From assembly GCA_965202585.1 (NCBI GenBank), contig OZ241826.1, forward strand, positions 88,908,001 to 88,972,000: a DNA stretch of 64,000 nt, read 5' to 3'. Below are positions 21,754 to 33,599 of this stretch, piece after piece. Made by a program: the position numbers and the translations under genes. The stretch is from Thalia democratica. Taxonomy: Eukaryota. The notes beneath the pieces are model-generated. The model ran no database searches, was not told the origin of the DNA, and worked only from the letters and a program-made list of their open reading frames with translations. Numbering within the stretch: position 1 is the stretch's first letter; each line of letters starts with the position of its first letter.

Positions 21754-24275
21754 ATGATGAAAATGAATAGAGGAGCGCTTGTAGTAGTAGAGGGGCTTGA
21801 CAGAAGCGGGAAGTCAACTCAGTGCAGGCTTCTTGGGCAGCGCTTGAATGAACTTGGCCACAAAACTAAACTACTCAGATTTCCTGGTTTGCTGAAATTT
21901 TGTTTATTTTATGTATAATTTTGTATAAAAAGTTTTCTGTTCATGCATCTCAAAAGAGGCTCTAAACCATAACTGACCTTAATTTATGTCAAAACTTTCT
22001 TTAGAAACAGATATTCTCTAATTTGTTATTTTTAGCTTTTTGTTATTTTAATTTTTGCTATCTTCTATTAGTTTTTTATTTTATAGAGTTATATTTGAAA
22101 ATATTTTTAATACTAACACTTTGAACAATAATTTTATGCATAGAAATGTTTATGTTGTCTTTATATTACAAGTATTTTTATGTTGGTGTATATTTAAAAA
22201 GTTAGCAAATAAAATAATTTTGCTAGGTTTGAAAAAATCTAAGATTAATACTTAATGATAATAACTTTTTATTTTTTGTGCAGATAGAACAACAAGTACT
22301 GGTAAAATAATAAATGAATATTTATCTGACAAAAACAATAAGCTAGATGATCATGCGGTTCATTTGCTGTTTTCTTCTAACAGGTACTAATAGTTTTACG
22401 TGTTATAAAAACATATCATATAAATTGTGAGATCATTTTTCTTGGATATGTGTACTGACTTAGTAATTACAAATTAGAAGTTTTAATATTTTATCTTAGG
22501 TAGTTATGTTTAGAAAAGGGTCTAACAACCTTTTTTCAGTTCATTATTTACAACAAAAAAGCTTTAACAAAAAAAAAAGGCATATTTTACTTTTTCAATC
22601 TTGTAAAACCGGAAGGTTTGTTAAGCTTTATATTACCTCGTAACTTGATTGATGTTTTGTTCATCATATTTTCAATGTATTTCACTAACAGATGGGAACA
22701 AGTAGATTCAATGATGGACGATTTGAACAATGGAATAACCCTGATCATTGACAGATACGCCTTTTCCGGAGTGGCCTACTCTTCTTCCAAACCAGTAAGT
22801 TGCATTTGTGTTTGTTGACTTTTTATAATATTAAAGTTTACTTTGCATATTTTCTTACCAACTATTTTCTAAATTACTTACAAACCATTTTAATATAAAG
22901 AAGTTTTGATTTAGACTCACTAGTAATAAAATACTTTAATGATTTTTTAAAGCAGTTTATTATATAAAATATAGTTTATTACTATTGTAAGATACACTGT
23001 AGTTTTTTAAGCTTTTGATGATTTTTGTTTATGATACCATATATTTTTATAAATTATATGTGTTTGTTTTCTACTTCAGTTGTAATAAAATATTTCTAGA
23101 TGAATTCTATTTATAGTATATATTATTATGACTTGTACTTAAAGGTGACACTAAAACTCTTCTAAACATAATATCTTTTTTTAACTTTGCATATTTTTTA
23201 GTCTACATGATTAACTTTAAAACAACAGGGTCTCAGCGTTGATTGGTGCAAGCAACCAGACAGGGGATTACCGAAACCCGACATGGTGTTGTTTTTCGAG
23301 GTCAGTGACGAGGTTGCCAAGCAACGAGCTGAGTTTGGCAACGAGCGTTACGAGGCAACAGATTTTCAGAGGAGTGTCAGAAAAAAATTTGAGCTCTTGT
23401 TTGATGATGAGTATTGGAAGGTTTGTTTGAAAATTTTTAAATTTGCTTTACTTGTCAACTGTATTACTGATTTTCATTATGATGTAACTTAATGTAAAAT
23501 TTATATGATGTGTAAACAACAAGCAATATATAATGTTTCAGTAAAAAGCAGCTTTGTCAATCAGTTTTTCACAATTTAAATGAAACTTAACAATTTTAAG
23601 CTTTCATTCAATGTTTAGTGATTAAAACACGTTTTTATAAATAAGTATATGATTAGTAGTTATATGTCACTTATGTTTTAAAACTTCATTTAATCATTGA
23701 ACTTTTAGCCTATAGGTCATATAGTTTATAGTTTTTGCTAATTTTAATATTTCTTCACTAAAATTCAGGAATGATTATTTGGCTACAGCAAATTAAAGTT
23801 TGATATCTTTTGTTGTTAAATTATATTAATTTTAAATAATGTTTAGATTTTACTTTTTAGTTAAAACTGAAAAAAAAACTTAAAAAAGAAACATTTTTTG
23901 CTATGAATCTTGTAACTGTTTATGAAAAAAATTATTATGTTAAAGCAATATTTTTATGGTCTCGAATTAAAAAAAATACAGTGATCAGAAAAATTTATAT
24001 TAGTTTTTTTTGAATTCAAAAAATCAATGAGTTCATTAAAGTAAATGTATCTAAAATTAAGCTTTTAAAACTTGAACTAGTTTATATTCAATAAACTCTG
24101 AAGTTTAGAGTATATAAGAAATTATTTTCTAAATGTATTAATATCAACACTTCTACCACAGAGAGTGAACGCGAACCTCAGCCAAGAAGAAGTTTACAAA
24201 AATGCCGAGTCACTTGTTTTGCAGACGATGAAAAATGTTCAAGATAAACCCATTGAAAAGTTGTGGATTGAATAG
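21754..24275 (+). CDS. DTYMK: Thymidylate kinase (dTMP kinase); exons 21754-21886, 22284-22383, 22692-22794, 23229-23420, 24162-24275
   Basis: The spliced frame is continuous with GT-AG boundaries: RGALVVVEGLDRSGKSTQC (P-loop), RFPDRTTSTG, HLLFSSNRWE, LIIDRYAFSGVAYS, GLPKPDMVLF, GNERYE, ending KPIEKLWIE*. Confidence 0.97.
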
Positions 24276-24709
24276 ACTTTTTAATAAACAATTTTTATAT
24301 TTTTAATAGTTATTTATGCGAATATTAGATGAAGAGGTCTTTTGTGTACATAGACAATTTAGCAATTCTGTTATAGATATAGTTTTTTTTTTAAATTGTT
24401 TTTATAATCTACCTTTGTAAAATATTTTATTTTAAGTTTTAACTTGTTTATGCTTGAAAGTCTTCAATTAAGCCTGTCTTTAGAATTTTTTATAGAAAAA
24501 ACTAGTTGCACAAGTTTTAAAATACTATTTTTTATTTTCTTTTACAACAGCTTGCATTTTAATTTAATAATGTAATAAATCATTCGTACTTTTTAAAACT
24601 AACATTCTATCTATACAAAGCTGACTATTCACCAACCTGCACAATTTCTTTGCTAATATTAATTACAATTTTATCCATTGTAACCTTTTCAATGTGCAGA
24701 AATTAAATA

Positions 24710-27700
24710 ATGAAAATGCAAAGCGTCATCAGGCCGCTGTTCAAGCCGTTTGTGACGTCATTCATTCGGCAGCCAATCAGAACGAAGAACATATCTGCGG
24801 AGTTCGGCAAGCCAATCAACGTGGTGAGAATGAGAGAATACATCAACAAAGTTTGCGGGGCGTCACTGTTTTACGAGTTTGTAGTTAAATGATTTCAAAT
24901 TTAAGTAAAAGTATATATTTTTATTTTAAGTTGAAATTAAAAAAAAAAAAAGAAATGTTTTTTGCTATGAATTTCTTAAGCTTGTAATTGCTTATGGAAA
25001 TAATAATTATTTTAAAGCTATATTTTATGGTCTTAAGTTAAAAAAGTACAGTGATCAGAAAAGTTTATATTAATCTTTTTTAACTTTAAAAAAAAATAAA
25101 TTCAAGTAAGCATATGTTTTATACAAAAAGTTAATGCAGTTTTTTCAAACAATTTTATAACCTAAACTCTTTCATGGCGCTGATTTTTCTCCTATAGTTG
25201 CTGTTCTTTTTGAATAATTAAATAAGCTAATGTGACAAATGTCATACGTAGCAATTAAATAAGGAGTTCTCAAATAACGTAATCAAACACTTAATTTTTT
25301 TTTAATTTAAATAATATGAAAGAACTACAAAATAAATGTGTTACACGAAACAACCGATGCTGACTAACCTAAAATTTTTAAAGTTGATTAAAACAAAACA
25401 GTTTGATATAACATTTACCTAACACTGTTTTAGTAAAATTGAGCAAAAAGATTAAAAGTCTTATAATTTCAGCAAGCAAATGATGAGCAATCGCGCGAAG
25501 TTGGCCGACTTGCTAGTTGACGATCAGAACAAACTGCAAGTTAGGTGCGTCAACGACAGCAAACAGGAAGTAATCATACCTCTTTCTAATCCTTACTACC
25601 AGGAAAAATACCTGAAATCGGGCGTTGACGGCAAAACTAATATCAGGTTTGTAGTTTTTGAGCAAACAAAAGTTTTTTATTTATGTTATAGTTTTTTTTT
25701 TAGCCGCCCACATATATTTCGTCTTGCAATTTTTAAACTTCAATAGTTAAGAACACAAAGTCTTTTTTATTTTTAAAGTTTTCCTACAAGCCTTGTTTTG
25801 TTATCAAAGTTTACACAACAATCCAAAAATTAGAGCATATTTAAAAAGATCGAAAAACTTTTTACTCTATTTCATTAACTATATAAGTATAAAAAATGAT
25901 AGTGTGAGGTTTTTATTAATACCAAGTTAAACACTATAAACCAGTGGTTCTCTCAATGTGCATCTGTGTACAAAGGTGTGCAAAGAAATTATTCTACTGT
26001 GAAATTTAGTAAAATGAAATTCAATTTTAAATTTTATTATAAAAAGCCAGTGTTAGAATAATAAAAGTCCTTATGAAGTTGGTCATGTATTAGGAAACTC
26101 AAATTATTTTTTTGATAACAATTTAGATTTGATAGTCTTTAGCTTATAATAACTAAATTTATTATATGACAAATTCATACTTATCGTTTACGTAGGATCG
26201 GGCAACTATTGGAAGATTTGGATTCGTTTGCAGTGTTGATATCGTACGAACACAATGACCTGCTCAAGTCGGAGTGAGTTTGAATTTTGTAGGTTTGTCA
26301 CACTGAGGATTTACATCAGGGTTTCCCAAAGTGGGCGATATTGCCCCCTTGGTGGCGATTCTAGTAAGTTAGGGGGAAATAATTAGTAAGGGGATGAAAA
26401 GGGGGGGATTTAAAATTTTTTACTTACACTAGATATTCTTGAGTTGCAGATGAAGAGCAAAAAAAAAGGTCTTAGGTGTTTTAAATGGTAGTTTTGTTGG
26501 AGGGGGCAATATCTTTATTGATTTCTCTAAAGGAGGCAATTTAAAAAAAAAAGAGTTTGGCAACTCTAATTTATATTGTTTATATACTGCTTACATTAGT
26601 AGGTAAATATTTTGTTGTTTGTTTAAGTATTGTTGTGGGTTTACTTATTGTATGTTTAATATAAGATTGTTAATGTTTTTTAACACTTTTTTAGAGATTT
26701 GATCTTTAAGTTTTCCAAATTTTTTATGGTTAATATTGTTGACATTCATGCAAAATGTGCACTTGCCAAATATTATTCAACCAGTATTGTTTCGTGTTGA
26801 AAAATGATTGTAGGTAATTTATTCCTATCAAATTAAAGCATAGGTAAATTTGCACAGAATAATATTCACTTGTTTACCCTTTACCCTTTGTAAAATGTAT
26901 AACAAAAAGAAAGCTACTATATTTTAAATTTATTTAGCTAGAAGAGATTCTAGCTTTATTGATTTCTTTAAAGAAGGCAATTTGAAAAAAAAAATTGGAA
27001 ACTCTGATTTATATTGTTTATATACTGCCTACATTAGTAGGTAAATGTTTTGTTGTTTCTTCAAGTATTAGTTTGGTTGTGGGTTTACTTATTGTAGTTT
27101 AGTATAAGGTTGTTGATGTTTTTTAACACTTTTTTAGATATTTGATCTTTAAGTTTTCCAAATTTTTATGGTTTATACTGTTAACATTCGTGCAAAATGT
27201 GCATTTGCCAAATAAAATTCAACCAATATTATTTCGTGCTGAAAATGATTGTAGGTTATTTATTCCTAAAAATTTAACCATAGGTAAATTTGCACAGAAT
27301 AACTTCAGTTGTTTACCCTTTATAAAATGTATGACAAAAAGAAAGCTACTATATTTTAAATTTATTTAGCTAGAAGAGTTCATTTAGAATATAATAATTA
27401 AAGGAAAAATATCTATATAACTAATCTATATTATATAATTATTTGTGATTTTTGTACTTAAAAAAAGCAATATGTAAAGTATAAATCTACTGGAGATCGA
27501 AGATATTTTTTAAAAATTATTGTGATAAGTATAGATTGAAAAAAAACTGAACAAATAATCCCACAGAGACGGCAGAAGTCCCTACAGTATAGTGACTGCG
27601 ATGGTCGACGAATTGATAATGTACGATTCTCAAATAGAACCAAATCATGACGTCACTATGCGCGGTCACGTGTCTTGGGTTGGCAAGACGTCAATCGAGA

Positions 27701-30700
27701 TTGACATGGTGATGAGCCAGTTCGGCAGGGACTTCCTGGCAACCAAGTTTCTCATGGTTGCCAGGGACGCTTCAGGAAAAAAGTTGGTTTTCAAGTTATA
27801 ATTCTGTTTATTAAATATTGAATTTAAAAAAAAATCCAAAAGTTATTAGAATGGAAACAGTATAACTAAGTAAATATTATTGACTTAAAAGTTTGTAACT
27901 TTTACTTTTACCTTGAATACTTAAAGGCTAAAGTAGTAGTTAAGGTTATTTTTTGAGTTTTATAACAAATATGCGTTAATTAAGTCGTTTAACACAATAC
28001 CTTTAAGCAATTTATTTTCCCTTAATAGTTACAAAATTAAGCATTTCATCATATGTAATAAATGAATTTTTATGATGCCAAGGTTATGTCTACGACAACA
28101 AATTACAGAAGTTGTGTGGTTTAATCAATTAATTTTAGCGCGAAAATTTTTTAACCACCACATTACACTTTTTAAAAGCAAACAGCAGCATAGAAATAAA
28201 TTCATTTTCCAAAAAATTTTTCAACTAATTACAATAGTATAACTCATTTTTAAGTTAAATATAATTTATAGTTTTATCCTTTTTATGTTTCGAGACTTTT
28301 TAAACTTCAGTCGGAAATATAAAGTTTTGATTTGGTTTTAAGTTTATAAAAAATAAAGTTAAAACATACCATGTTATTAAATGTTTTAATCTGAGTATAT
28401 GATTTATTAATAACGTTTTTAATAAGTATTTTTAATCTACAATTTTTATGTTTAAAATTGGCTATAAATATTAAGAGGGTACAACAATTTAGTGCATCGA
28501 ATCACTATGTGTTTAAAAACCGCTATCTACTTTAGAAATACAAACTACAAATACAAAATTCAACTGTAAACTTAATAAAAAAAAAAAACAAGCTTTGTTA
28601 AAACTTTAGGAAGTAGTTTACACATTAAACAGAAAATGTAAATTTTTGTGTTACCAAGTATAAACTGTTGTTCTTTCTCTAAATTCAGCTTGAATTTACA
28701 CAACAACAGACCGGCAATAGTGCACCCGTTGAGAGCGGACACGGATGAGGAGAAGACGATGCTGGAGGAGGGAGGTCAGAGGAAGCTGGAGAGGATCAAG
28801 CTGGCAAAAGAGTCATTGTTCAAGACTCCTCCCACCATTGAGGAGATGAAGAAGGTTCACCAGATATTCCTGTCCACTGTTAAACCCGGGTATGTATATA
28901 TATACTAGCATCAGATATTTTTATTTACTGTTGAACCAGGGTGGTATGTTTATTATTTAATTTTATAATCACATATTTCCTTTTAAAACTCGACTTGTTT
29001 TGTACACAATGTTTTCATTTAGCCTTTTTATCTCACAGTAATTTAAAATAAATTAAATTTAAGCATAAATAACTTTAAACTCCCAAAAAACAACTAATTA
29101 AAAGTTTTTGACAACGGGTAAGGGTTAGGGGTAACAGAGATAGTTATAAAAAAAAAAAAAATAAACTACTTTTAACTCGTGCAAAAGTGTCTTCGTGCAT
29201 TTTTGTCACTTTCCTTGTAAATTAAAGTTTGGTGATTATATAATTCTTCCAACCGAATTTCAGATCGCAGTCGTTCAGATCTCGGTGCTTGCCGCCCAAC
29301 CACTCGTGGATGTCTTCCACTAACATGAAGAACGCGATCATATGCTTCCCGCAAGTGAGGAACGTGCACAACAAGATATTCGGAGGGTTCATCATGAGGA
29401 GCGCGTTCGAGCTCGCCTACGCCGCCGCTTCCGTGTTCGGGTGAGTTGATTGTGACGTAATACAGGGTTGCCACTTTACCTGGAAAAACCTGGAATTTTG
29501 AACAAAAAATGACTAAAAAACCTTGGATTTTAATAATTTTCACATGTTCAGTCGTAAATTTTCAATTTGACTCAAAAAATCTATCATATATAAAAAAGTT
29601 TGTTATCATCAAATTTTTTTTTGAAAACAAAGTTTAAAGTAGTTTTACAGTATCTTTTCAATATTTTTATACTATTTAACACAGTTTTTACCTTAAACTT
29701 AACTTAAAACTAAAAATAGACCCTAAAATGTGTACTTTTAAAAACCGGGAAGTAATATGGAAAACCAGAAAAAAAAAATTGAAAAAACGAGTGGCAACCC
29801 TGATAATAAAAAAAAATTGATTCAGTTTTACCTAATGATAGAATTCAAGTACATGTACATTAAATTTTATAAGCACAACTTATAATTTCCAGTCACAATA
29901 ATGAATAATAATTATCTTATGGTTTCCAGTAAGAGTAAAACCGATTTGATCAGCATTATGGTTTTGAGTTTTAAGCTGTTAAGCTCTTCGTTGTTACTTT
30001 GAAAACATTAGATATCCCATATTTACCGCTTTCGCCCAAACTATTGAAAAAATATTAAAACTATGATAGGAGTTTTGAAATCTGGATCTGTTCGTTAAAA
30101 TGTTACATTACTGTTTATAAATTATGAATATGCAGTTAACATTTTGTATAGTTGTGGCTTGTAGTTTTGTTTGACTTAAGTAATTTTTTTTTGTGAGAAA
30201 AATAAGGCTTTCAATTTGTATAAAATAACAAAATTCTAGCGCGAATATATTTGAAAGAAGAAAGTAAATCTGTTTGAAACACAGATAAGTTGATTTAAAC
30301 TCAGTAGTCAATCTCAAATAGATTAGTATGAAGAATTTTAGTTTTAGATATATATTGGTTAAGTAAATAAATGTTTACATTTATATAGAAAAGGAAAAGT
30401 AGTACCAAAAGCAATTGATGATATAATATTTCAAACTCCTGTTAGCATTGGTGCATTATTACAGATGTCTTCAATGGTTTGTTTATATTTTGTAAATTTC
30501 TAAAACATGTTTACTTTAATATTAAGATAAATGAAAGGTTATTTAGAACTTATTCATTTTACAGTAAAAATTAATAAAGTAATAGTTTATTCTTTTTGAT
30601 AACACAATATAATATATTTTTATTAAATAGAAATAAAATATTTTTTTTTTGAGAAAATTAAAAGAAAAACTTTATCATTATTTGTTTTTTCTTGAGAAAA

Positions 30701-33599
30701 CTTATTTAACAAAAAAAGCTGCCAGCAATCTTCAAACAAGCCTAAATTAACCTTAATTTTTTAGTATGCAATGTAACAGTTTACAAATTAAAACTCTAAC
30801 GTACATCACTTAGTTCAGATTTACAATTGTTTTATTTATAAATTCGAAAGTACTCAGTGCTTCACAATAAATCACAAAGATACTTACTTACACAAAATAA
30901 AAGTTACACACATCAGTTACGCTTAAAATAAATTAAAACAATTAATTTAAGTTAACAACTTTTGTAATGTTGTTTTAAGTAATAATCAAACATAAGTAAC
31001 TGTTATACACTCATTTTCTAAAAAATCAGAATTTAATTAGTTATTAAAAACTTTGAAAATTTAAATTAAAAACTAAAAGTTATGTTTTAAGTAACATTGC
31101 TAAACTGACTTACTTTACATGCAAAGGTTTCTGATAACTAAACTAGTTTTGAACAAAGATAAAAATTAATGTTTAGTAGTTTTATTACGTCATACTAATG
31201 AACAAAATTGTAAAATTTATAAAATCACTTCAGATTTTTTTACAGCATGAAATCTTAAATAATAGTATCATAGAAAAATGTGAGTGATTAATACTTAAGT
31301 TTTTTTATTTTTCTTCTGACCGAAACTGTCCGGATAAGTGAAGTCCGGATAAGTGAATAAGCACTGTACATAACTCAGTAAACTTCACTTTATTTACCTT
31401 TGAAATTTGGTGCAAATGGCACAGAAACAATTCTAAGCATATTACATAAAAAAAATGTTACTTACATGCTAATTACAGGTGAGCGTAAGCGACCCGCCGT
31501 ACTTCATGGTTCGCGTGAGAGCGGAGATATTGGATCAGCAGAGTGGCGAGCACACCACTTCCAACGTGTTCCACTTCACTTTCGCGTGCGAGCAACCCGA
31601 GCTGCTGCCCAACATTTGCCCGCAGACGTACGGAGGTTTGTAAGATATAACGGGACACGTTCAAAATCCACACAGTCAAAATCCACAGTCTAATTCGATA
31701 ACCGCTCACCGATCGAGGGTAGGGGTTAGGGGTAACAGTGGTAGTTAAAAATACACCAAAAATAAAAAATAAAAAAATACAAAAAAAGCATATAACAAAT
31801 TAATAAATAAAGAAAATATAGATAAATATCGAGTGGATTTCGAACGCGGGTGGATTTTGATAACACAACATATAACACAACTTTAATAAACTAGAAAATA
31901 AACTTATCTTCATGACAGTTAGTTTATATATTTATTTGTTTCTTAAACTTGTATAATTTTTATTTGTTTATGGCTTTTTTAGACTAAATTAGTTATTCGC
32001 TGGTTATCTAAGTTAAGGACATAAGCGATAAGACACTTGATTTTCATCTTGATTTTTTCTAATCCTTAACCTAGCAGGGTTGCCACAAGATCAGGACAAG
32101 TCAGAAAAACTAGAAAAAAACGACAAAAGTCTGGAAAAAATAAGGGTTTTTGAAAAAATGTCAGGAAAAGTCCGGACTAAAATTGCAAAATTTTCCTTTA
32201 AATTTACAAATTTACTTAATATACAATGCCTTCATCTGGTATAAATTAATAAAATATCTATTATAAAACTGCAAATTTTTTTTATAAACCTATTGAACAA
32301 CTACCCTACTTAAACAAGCAGTTTTTGTATGCATTTTAGGATTGATGATTAGTGGCAAGGACACTTCCATAGTGAAACTGTAATATATACACAAAAGTGT
32401 TTGATTATGTATTTTAGAATAAGTTTAAGTTGAGGGTTTGATTAGGAAAAGTCAGGAAAATTCAGGAAATTTTTCTCAGCTTGATCTGTGGCAACCCTGA
32501 CCTAGCTTACATCTGCTTTATAACGATTTTAAAACTTCCAACTAGTTTCTGAGGTACATGGATACAAAGTCGGATGCTTTAAAAGCTTTTTTGTGGAATG
32601 ACCAAAGTAAAAAGTTAATTAATAATCTATGTTCTCCTACAGTTTTTTATTGGAAAAATAAAAAAAAATTGTAAAAGTATAACTTTTCTGAAAAAAGTGG
32701 AAAACTGATGTTTTTTGGTCATAAATTTATAACTTTTTTTAATTCGTTTCGTTAATTTTTTTCATTTATTGCAAGAAATGTTTACTCCAAAGTTTTAATT
32801 TCAGTTTTAATCTAAAAGATGAAGGAGAAAGTAGATTTTTAGTGATTTTTATTCACTTCTGAGAAAACTGTCGGATAGAAATTTCTTTTCCATACGTTTG
32901 TATGGGATACTTTTTATACAATTGATGATATCACAAAATTTATTTAAAATTTCTATATTCTTTAAAAAGTCTGGTATATGGTATAGTTTGAGCTTTCATT
33001 AAAAGACCAATGTAAATTTATATCAAAACCTTAACTTGATCTAAAAATTTTGACTAAATATTTAGCGTTTTATAGTGTATTTCTTTTAGATAACATAGTT
33101 AATAAAGGTATTTCGAACTAACACTTAAATTGTTATTTTTATCATAAAAATGTATAGACTTTATGATATGTCTGTTAAGTTTTCACACTTCTATTTTAAC
33201 TTCAAACGATCAATTTTAAAATTAGAGCAATATTTAAACAACTATTACTGTTTTATTTTTAACATTTTTATTTTTTACAAAACACCAAATCAAATGAATA
33301 ATATTTTGACTTTAACTTTTTTCGAAAAAAAATTAAATAAAAGTTTTGCTAAGATTTTTTTAATATAAATAAAAAAAAAAAAAAAAGTTATAAGTTTGTG
33401 CATATCTTGTTTTGTATAAAAATAAATATATTTACAACTTGATTTTTATAACTTGATATTTTAAATAAATAAATATATATATATATTTATTGATTGAAAA
33501 ACACTTATTTTTATAACAGAAGCAATGTTATTGCTTGACGGAGCTAGGAGATTAAAAAGTCAGAAGGAAAAACTTGAACAAACGCAAAATAATGAGTGA
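24710..33599 (+). CDS. ACOT9: Mitochondrial acyl-CoA thioesterase 9-like (double hotdog fold); exons 24710-24876, 25473-25646, 26196-26273, 27567-27782, 28710-28889, 29264-29440, 30389-30476, 31479-31635, 33520-33599
   Basis: All phases join in frame. Motifs IGQLLEDLDSFAVLISYEHN, SPYSIVTAMVD, GHVSWVGKTSIEI, FLMVARD, RNVHNKIFGGFIMRSAFELA, IDDIIFQTPVSIG, TSNVFHFTF, PQTYGEAMLLLDG. The N-terminus is basic and acid-free, like a mitochondrial presequence. Confidence 0.95.
26317..26568. mobile_element. hAT (Charlie-like) MITE in ACOT9 intron 3
   Basis: Left end CAGGGTTTCCCAAAGTGGG; degenerate right end gagtttggcaactcta. Confidence 0.5.
26520..27378. repeat. ~440-bp diverged tandem duplication in ACOT9 intron 3
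   Basis: Both copies run from tttct(c/t)taaag(g/a)aggcaattt (26522, 26962) to tttatttagctagaagag (about 26947, 27377). Confidence 0.9.
29463..29802. mobile_element. hAT-like MITE with CAGGGTTGCCAC termini
   Basis: CAGGGTTGCCACT at 29463 and AGTGGCAACCCTG ending at 29802; inserted 22 nt after the exon 6 donor. Confidence 0.8.
31325..31368 (-). mobile_element. Tc1/pogo (Tigger-like) terminus fragment
   Basis: Minus strand TACAGTGCTTATTCACTTATCCGGACTTCACTTATCCGGAC: TA|CAGTG end plus a duplicated subterminal motif. Confidence 0.4.
31652..31865 (+). mobile_element. Non-autonomous repeat with CAAAATCCAC inverted ends and a GGGGTTAGGGGTAACAG core (related cores at about 29113-29160, 39428-39523 and 41725-41760)
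   Basis: tcaaaatccac (twice) at the left and gtggattttga at the right; the core (a)ccga.cgag.gt.agggg.taggggtaa recurs at four loci in both orientations. Confidence 0.55.
32075..32499. mobile_element. hAT-like MITE with CAGGGTTGCCAC termini (related truncated copies start at 34496 and 42603)
   Basis: CAGGGTTGCCACA...TGTGGCAACCCTG, with ACCTAG on both flanks as a probable target-site duplication; tcagga subterminal repeats. Confidence 0.85.

Noticed and set aside
29172-31709. ORFs 29172-29543 (-), 31400-31693 (+) and 31473-31709 (-)
   Set aside because: Alternative-frame or antisense shadows of GC-rich ACOT9 exons.
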